Origin: Armatimonadota bacterium
GTDB lineage: Bacteria; Armatimonadota; SYMT01
NCBI GenBank assembly: GCA_046292385.1
Contig: JBKBRF010000007.1
Span: forward strand, 112,738-176,737
Reading direction: 5' to 3'
Length of the DNA stretch: 64,000 nucleotides
The notes under the pieces are model-generated. The model searched no databases. It was not told the origin of the DNA and saw only the letters and a program-made list of their open reading frames with translations. A program made the translations under genes and the position numbers. Positions 58,538 to 64,000 of the stretch are shown here, piece after piece (positions within the stretch are counted from its first letter, which is position 1; each line of letters begins with the position of its first letter).

Positions 58538-59740
58538 ATGAGCAGCGTCAGCGACTGGTCCCACGAGCAGGTCCTCCAGGCCTATGGCGACTACGTGCAG
58601 CACACGTACGGCCGCACGCCGATCGTCTTCGTGCGCGGCGAAGGCGCTCGCCTGTGGGACGCGCGGGGCAACGAGTATCTCGACTGGGTCTCCGGCGGGC
58701 GCGCCGGCAGCGCGCTGGGGCACTGCCACCCGGATGTGACCGCCGCGCTGGAGCAGCAGCTCCGCACCCTCACCTACGTCTCCAACGACTTCCACCACCC
58801 GTGGGGCGCGCGGCTGGGGCAGCTCCTGGCGGAGCGGTCCGGCGGCCGGAAGTCGTTTTTCTGCAACTCCGGCGCGGAGGCGTCCGAGACGGCGCTGAAG
58901 CTGGCGCGGAAGTGGGGCAAGGGGAAGCGCGGCGGGGAGTGCGTGGAGGTGATCACGTTCCAGCGGTCGTTCCACGGCCGCACCTACGGCGCGCTCTCCG
59001 CTACCGCGCAGACGAAGTTCCACCAGGGCTTCGAGCCGATCGTCCCCGGCTTCACCTACCTGCCGTGGGAAGACCTGGGCGCGTTGGAAGCGGCGGTCGG
59101 ACCGCAGACCTGCGCCGTGTTCCTGGAGCCGGTACAGGGAGAGAGCGGCACCTATCCCGCCAGCACGGGGTTCATGCAGGGGATCGAGAAGCTCTGCCGG
59201 GAGCGGGAGGTGCTGTTCATGGTCGATGAGGTGCAGACCGGCTTCGGCCGCACCGGCCGGTTCTGGGCGTACGAGCACTTCGGAGTCGATCCGGACGTCG
59301 TGACGGCCGCCAAGGCGGTCGGCGGCGGCCTCGCGCTCGGCGCCTGCCTGGCAAAGCCGGAGGCATGCGCGCTGGTGCCGGGCGATCACGGCTGCACCTT
59401 CGGCGGCAACCCGCTCGCCACGGCGGCCGGCACCGCGGCAATCGAGGCGCTCGACCGCCACGGCTACGTGGAGAACGCCGCCGCCCAGGGCGAGTACCTG
59501 CTGGGCCGGCTCCGGGAGCTGGGACGCGAGCACCCGCAGGTCAAGGAAGCGCGCGGCCTGGGGCTGATGCTGGCGCTGGAATTCCAGCCGGGCCAGGGGA
59601 AAGGCGTCCTCGGCCGCTGCCTGGAGGCCGGGCTGGTGGTCCACGGCGTCGGCGACGACATCCTGCGGATCCTGCCGCCGGTCATCCTGACTCGAGAAGA
59701 GGCAGACGCGGGGCTTGGTATTCTGGAGAAAGCTCTTTAA
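58538..59740 (+). CDS. argD: Acetylornithine aminotransferase
   Basis: CNSGAEA, SFHGRT, EPVQGE, DEVQTGFGRTG, AKAVGGG, HGCTFGGNP; arg operon context. Confidence 0.92.
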   Translation: MSSVSDWSHEQVLQAYGDYVQHTYGRTPIVFVRGEGARLWDARGNEYLDWVSGGRAGSALGHCHPDVTAALEQQLRTLTYVSNDFHHPWGARLGQLLAERSGGRKSFFCNSGAEASETALKLARKWGKGKRGGECVEVITFQRSFHGRTYGALSATAQTKFHQGFEPIVPGFTYLPWEDLGALEAAVGPQTCAVFLEPVQGESGTYPASTGFMQGIEKLCREREVLFMVDEVQTGFGRTGRFWAYEHFGVDPDVVTAAKAVGGGLALGACLAKPEACALVPGDHGCTFGGNPLATAAGTAAIEALDRHGYVENAAAQGEYLLGRLRELGREHPQVKEARGLGLMLALEFQPGQGKGVLGRCLEAGLVVHGVGDDILRILPPVILTREEADAGLGILEKAL

Positions 59741-59789
59741 GGCCGGAGTGCGATACACGCGACTCAACACGAGTAGGATCTGCCTCTCA

Positions 59790-59841
59790 CGCGGCCTCAC
59801 CCCCGGCCCCTCTCCTGAGAGGGGCCGGGGGTGAGGCCGCG
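59790..59841. repeat. Perfect 25-bp inverted repeat (REP-like CCTCACCCCCGGCCCCTCTC type)
   Basis: CGCGGCCTCACCCCCGGCCCCTCTC-CT-GAGAGGGGCCGGGGGTGAGGCCGCG. Confidence 0.9.
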
Positions 59842-59869
59842 GGGAGAGCGACGAGTACGGAGATTTTGC

Positions 59870-60982
59870 ATGCAAACTGGTGAACCGAACGCGGGGCGGA
59901 GCGCCGCCTCTCCGGATGATGCGCTGAAGGCGCTGTGGGACCTGCCGTACTCGGAGCTGCGGCGGCTGGCGGAGTACGCGCGGAGCGGCCGCAACCCGGC
60001 GGGCGCGACGAACGCCGCGATGGTGGCGGTCGACCTGGCCCGCCAGAAGTGCGCCGGGCTGCGGCACCTGCGGGGGGTGGAGGATCTCTCCCGGGACCAG
60101 GCGTGGGCGCTGCTCTCCCTGGCGCGCGTGCTGAAGGAGACCGCCGCGTTCAACCGGACGGCGCACCGCGACATCCTGCCCGGCCGCACGCTGGCGATGG
60201 TCTTCGAGAAGCCGTCGCTGCGCACCCGCGTCTCGTTCGAGACCGGCATGTTCCAGATGGGCGGTCACGCCATCTACCTGGGGCCGAGCGACATCTCCCT
60301 CGGAAAGCGGGAGACGGTGGCCGACGTGGCGCACAACCTGGAGCGGATGGTCGACGGCGTGATGGCCCGCGTCTTCGCGCACGCCACGGTGCAGGAGCTG
60401 GCCGCCAACTCCCGGGTGCCGGTGATCAACGGCCTCTGCGACCGGGAGCACCCGTGCCAGGCGCTGGCCGACCTGCTCACCGTCTGGGAGCAGCGCGGCG
60501 ACATCGAGGGGCGGAAGATCGCCTACGTGGGGGATGGCAACAACGTCGCCCACTCGCTGCTGCTCCTCGGCGCCAAGCTGGGCGCGCACGTGGCGGTCGC
60601 GACCCCGAAGGGGTACGAGCCGGACGCGGGGATCGTCTCCGCGGCGCAGGCGGCGGCGCGCGAATCCGGCAGCAGCGTGCAGGTGACCCACGACCCGCGC
60701 GAAGCATGCGCGGAGGCGGACGTGATCTACACCGACGTCTGGGCCAGCATGGGCCAGGAAAGCGAGGCCGCCGAGCGCGCGCAGGTCTTCGCGCCCTACC
60801 AGGTGAACGCCGCCCTCTTCGAAGCCGCCCGCCCGGACGCCGTCTTCCTCCACTGCCTCCCCGCCCACCGCGGAGAGGAGGTCGCCGGCGAGGTGATGGA
60901 CGGCCCGCGCAGCGTCGTCTTCGACCAGGCCGAGAACCGCCTCCACGCCCAGAAGGCGGTCCTGGCGGTGCTTCTGGGCTGA
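59870..60982 (+). CDS. argF: Ornithine carbamoyltransferase with a ~60-aa N-terminal extension
   Basis: FEKPSLRTRVSFE, HPCQ, GDGNN, DVWASMG, HCLP, QAENR. Confidence 0.93.
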   Translation: MQTGEPNAGRSAASPDDALKALWDLPYSELRRLAEYARSGRNPAGATNAAMVAVDLARQKCAGLRHLRGVEDLSRDQAWALLSLARVLKETAAFNRTAHRDILPGRTLAMVFEKPSLRTRVSFETGMFQMGGHAIYLGPSDISLGKRETVADVAHNLERMVDGVMARVFAHATVQELAANSRVPVINGLCDREHPCQALADLLTVWEQRGDIEGRKIAYVGDGNNVAHSLLLLGAKLGAHVAVATPKGYEPDAGIVSAAQAAARESGSSVQVTHDPREACAEADVIYTDVWASMGQESEAAERAQVFAPYQVNAALFEAARPDAVFLHCLPAHRGEEVAGEVMDGPRSVVFDQAENRLHAQKAVLAVLLG

Positions 60983-60994
60983 GCTCTCTTTTTC

Positions 60995-61514
60995 GACACA
61001 GAGGGACACAGATTGGACAGAGAGCCATAGATTGAAGCAGTGGGATCGAGCAAGCGCCGAGAAGACGGGCTGCATGCGGAGCTGACCCACAAGATAATCG
61101 GAGTGGCTCGACGGGTGTACGCGTCGCTGGGCTACGGGTTTCTGGAGAAGGTCTACGAGAACGCCATGGCCCTGGAGTTCGGTCTCGCTGGCATTCAGGT
61201 GGTGCAGAGCGCCCCAATCCAGGTGCGGTATCGCGGCGAGCTGATTGGCGTCTACGAGGCCGACTTGCTGGTGGAAGGGCGAGTGATCGTGGAGCTCAAA
61301 GCGGTGGAGCGGCTGATCGAGATCCACGAGGTCCAGCTCGTCAACTACCTCCGCGCCACTGAGATAGAAGTGGGACTGTTGATCAATTTCGGCCCCCGGT
61401 TCGACGTTCGTCGCAGGATCTTCACCAACGATCGGAAAAGCGGTGGCTCGTCCGGGATCCGCCCCTTGTGACAGGGATCTGTGGTTCTCTGTCTAATCTG
61501 CGTCCCTCTGTGTC
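60995..61514 (+). mobile_element. Putative element: GxxExxY gene inside 38-bp imperfect terminal inverted repeats
   Basis: 60995-61032 vs 61477-61514 match 34/38; 9-nt internal periodicity. Confidence 0.7.
61040..61471 (+). CDS. GxxExxY protein (PD-(D/E)XK nuclease-like)
   Basis: LGYGFLEKVYENAM, ADLLVEGRVIVELKA, QLVNYL..GLLINFG. Confidence 0.93.
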   Translation: MGSSKRREDGLHAELTHKIIGVARRVYASLGYGFLEKVYENAMALEFGLAGIQVVQSAPIQVRYRGELIGVYEADLLVEGRVIVELKAVERLIEIHEVQLVNYLRATEIEVGLLINFGPRFDVRRRIFTNDRKSGGSSGIRPL

Positions 61515-61531
61515 AGAAAACGAAAACCAAG

Positions 61532-62737
61532 ATGAAGAAGATCGTTCTCGCGTATAGCGGTGGGTTGGATACCAGCGTGATCCTCCCGTGGCTCAAGGAG
61601 CGCTACCCGGGCGTGCGGCTCGTGGCGTTCGCGGCGGAGCTGGGGCAGGGGGACGAGCTGAAGAACATCGAGGAGAAGGCCCGCAAGAGCGGGGCGGACG
61701 AGGTGGTGGTACGGGACCTCCGGCAGGAGTTCGCGGAGGAGTACTGCTTCCCGATGCTCCGCGCCCACGCGATCTACGAGGAAGACTACCTCCTCGGCAC
61801 CAGCATCGCGCGCCCGATCATCGCCCGGCACCAGGTGCTGGTGGCGCACGAGACCGGCGCCGACGCGGTGGCGCACGGGGCCACGAGCAAGGGGAACGAC
61901 CAGGTCCGCTTCGAGCTGACCTACATGGCGCTCGATCCGCGGCTGGAGATCGTGGCCCCGTGGAAGGACCCGACCTTCGAGCTGACCGACCGGGAGACCG
62001 CCATCGACTACGCCCGGGAGAAGGGCGTGCCGGTCGACCAGACCAAGGAGAAGATCTACAGCCGCGACCGCAACCTCTGGCACATCAGCCACGAAGGGGC
62101 GGACCTGGAGGATCCGGCGAATGAGCCGCAGGACCCCCTCTGGGTGATGTCGGTCCCGGTCTCCCAGGCGCCGGACCAGCCGGAGTACGTGGAGATCCGG
62201 TTCGAGCGCGGCAACCCGGTGGCGGTGGATGGGCAGGCGCTGCCCGGTCACGAGTTGATCGCCCGGCTCAACGAGCTCGGCGGCCGGCACGCGGTGGGGC
62301 AGACGCAGCTGGTGGAGAACCGGCTGGTCGGCATGAAGAGCCGCGGCGCCTACGAGACTCCCGGCGGCACCATCCTCTACGAGGCGCACAAGGCGCTGGA
62401 GCATCTCTGCCTGGAGCGGGACACCTACCACTACAAGCAGGTGGTGGCACAGCGCTACGCGGAGCTCACCTACTACGGCCAGTGGTTCCACCCGCTGCGG
62501 GACGCGCTGCAGGCCTTCGTGGACCACACCCAGCAGGTGGTGAACGGCACCGTCCGCGTGAAGCTCTTCAAGGGCCGCGCGACCACCGCCTCCGTCTCCA
62601 GCGACAGCAGCCTCTACGACCCGCAGCTCGCCAGCTTCGCCATGAGCGGCTACGACGTCACCGCGGCGCGCGGCTTCATCGACCTCTTCGGCCTCCCGAT
62701 GAAGGTCAACCGCCTCCAGCGCCAGCGGGAGGACTGA
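61532..62737 (+). CDS. argG: Argininosuccinate synthase
   Basis: MKKIVLAYSGGLDTS, KGNDQVRFE, ENRLVGMKSRGAYETPGG. Confidence 0.97.
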   Translation: MKKIVLAYSGGLDTSVILPWLKERYPGVRLVAFAAELGQGDELKNIEEKARKSGADEVVVRDLRQEFAEEYCFPMLRAHAIYEEDYLLGTSIARPIIARHQVLVAHETGADAVAHGATSKGNDQVRFELTYMALDPRLEIVAPWKDPTFELTDRETAIDYAREKGVPVDQTKEKIYSRDRNLWHISHEGADLEDPANEPQDPLWVMSVPVSQAPDQPEYVEIRFERGNPVAVDGQALPGHELIARLNELGGRHAVGQTQLVENRLVGMKSRGAYETPGGTILYEAHKALEHLCLERDTYHYKQVVAQRYAELTYYGQWFHPLRDALQAFVDHTQQVVNGTVRVKLFKGRATTASVSSDSSLYDPQLASFAMSGYDVTAARGFIDLFGLPMKVNRLQRQRED

Positions 62738-62754
62738 TCGGAGCCGGCGGTACT

Positions 62755-62938
62755 CACCGCAGAGAACGCGGAGCGCGCAGAGGGCTCTGGGGAAACGCGG
62801 TAGTTCAACGGGAGCGAGGGGTCCGCGAAGGCGGTCCCCCGTCCGGGGGATGAAACTTCGTGCCGTGGTTGCCGCGGTTTCAACCGCCCGGTAGCGCTCC
62901 TGAGTTCTCTTGGCGTCTCTTGGCGCTCTTGGCGGTTG
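62755..62938. repeat. Composite intergenic repeats (CGCAGAG 9-mer tract, REP-like GCGGTTTCAACCGC, CTTGGCG tract)
   Basis: caccgcagagaacgcggagcgcgcagag; gcggtttcaaccgc; tcttggcgtctcttggcgctcttggcgg. Confidence 0.7.
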
Positions 62939-62959
62939 AATAAAGGTTCGGAAAGCAAG

Positions 62960-64000
62960 ATGAAGCTCTGGGGTGGCCGGTTTGACAAGGAGCCGAACGC
63001 GGCGATTGCGGCGTTCACGCATTCGCTGCCGTTCGACCAGCGGATGGCGGAGCAGGACGTGCGCGGCTCGATTGCCCACTGCCGGATGCTGGGCCACACC
63101 GGCATCATCGCGGCGGAGGACGCGGCGGCGATCGAGGGCGGGCTGCGGGAGATCCTGGCGGAGCTGGAAGCGGGCGAGCGGCTGGAGGGGGCGGAGGACA
63201 TCCACTCGTGGGTGGAGAGCCGGCTGCGGGAGAAGCTCGGGCCGGTGGCGGGGAAGCTCCACACCGCGCGGAGCCGCAACGACCAGGTGGCGACCGATAC
63301 GCGCCTCTACCTGCGGGAGGCGGCGGAGAGCCTCTCCGCGCAGGTGGCGGAGCTTCAGCGAGCGCTCCTGGAGCACGCGCGGGAGCACACGGAGACGGTT
63401 CTGCCCGGCCTCACCCACATGCAGCACGCGCAGCCGGTGGTGCTGGCGCATCACCTGCTCGCCTACTTCTGGATGCTGCAGCGGGATCGGGAGCGGCTGG
63501 CGGACTGGCGGAAGCGCGCCAACGTGCTCCCGCTCGGCGCCGGCGCGCTGGCCGGCTCGCCGTATCCGGTCGACCGCGAGTTCGTGGCGCGGGAGCTCGG
63601 CTTCGACCGCGTGGGCGAGAACAGCATGGACAACGTCTCCGACCGCGACTTCGCGGTGGAGCTCGCCTCCGTGCTGGCCCTGGCGGCGGTGCACCTCTCC
63701 CGGCTGGCGGAGGAAGTGGTGCTCTGGAACACCCGGGAGCTCGGCTACATCGAGCTGGACGACAGCATCGCCACCGGCAGCTCGATCATGCCGCAGAAGA
63801 AGAACCCGGACGTGGCAGAGCTGGTGCGCGGCAAGAGCGGCCGGGTCTTCGGCAATCTCCAGAGTCTGCTCGTCACCATGAAGGGCCTGCCGCTCGCCTA
63901 CAACAGCGACATGCAGGAGGATAAGGAGCGGATCTTCGACAGTGTCGACACCGTCGGTGGCTGCCTGGGAGCGATGACCCTGCTCCTCCGCAACTGCCGC
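62960..64000 (+). CDS. argH: Argininosuccinate lyase (runs off the window)
   Basis: Manual translation MKLWGGRF..EDIH..KLHTARSRNDQ..GLTHMQHAQPV..TGSSIMPQKKNPD. Confidence 0.97.
   Translation, partial: MKLWGGRFDKEPNAAIAAFTHSLPFDQRMAEQDVRGSIAHCRMLGHTGIIAAEDAAAIEGGLREILAELEAGERLEGAEDIHSWVESRLREKLGPVAGKLHTARSRNDQVATDTRLYLREAAESLSAQVAELQRALLEHAREHTETVLPGLTHMQHAQPVVLAHHLLAYFWMLQRDRERLADWRKRANVLPLGAGALAGSPYPVDREFVARELGFDRVGENSMDNVSDRDFAVELASVLALAAVHLSRLAEEVVLWNTRELGYIELDDSIATGSSIMPQKKNPDVAELVRGKSGRVFGNLQSLLVTMKGLPLAYNSDMQEDKERIFDSVDTVGGCLGAMTLLLRNCR

Noticed and set aside
59870..60982. N-acetyl- or succinyl-ornithine carbamoyltransferase because of SLRT
   Set aside because: DVWASMG and HCLPA match ordinary OTCase.

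Overview
High-GC (~70%) bacterial chromosomal window, probably Armatimonadota. This is inferred from a prepilin-like DUF1559 gene with the '[33 protein letters not shown]' signature, two PSD1/planctomycete-cytochrome-c + DUF1501 loci and a diderm-type beta-barrel gene. Most of it is ordinary metabolism, transport and signalling: an ABC exporter cluster, a hybrid histidine kinase, ArsS, ArsR-pstSCAB, an mhq-like dioxygenase cluster, tRNA-Arg(UCG) and argD-argF-argG-argH. Four things stand out. (1) The arg operon is preceded by a sigma70-like promoter, an unannotated 31-codon leader ORF with five tandem Arg codons and an intrinsic terminator with alternative pairings; this looks like ribosome-mediated transcription attenuation sensing arginine. 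(2) A beta-barrel gene is split by one in-frame UGA right after its signal peptide (AQG-UGA-VVNR), followed by a SECIS-like hairpin. It is a candidate selenoprotein and sits divergent from a TusA/DsrE/TusA-diiron operon. (3) Small genes (four-helix-bundle/Avd-like; GxxExxY nuclease-like) sit inside operons bracketed by inverted repeats built from 7-9 nt tandem units, and a gene-less copy of one element lies 26 kb away. (4) An octamer-repeat palindrome is inserted in frame at the same site of two paralogous PSD1 genes, in opposite orientations. All family calls come from motif recognition by eye; no database searches or folding programs were run.
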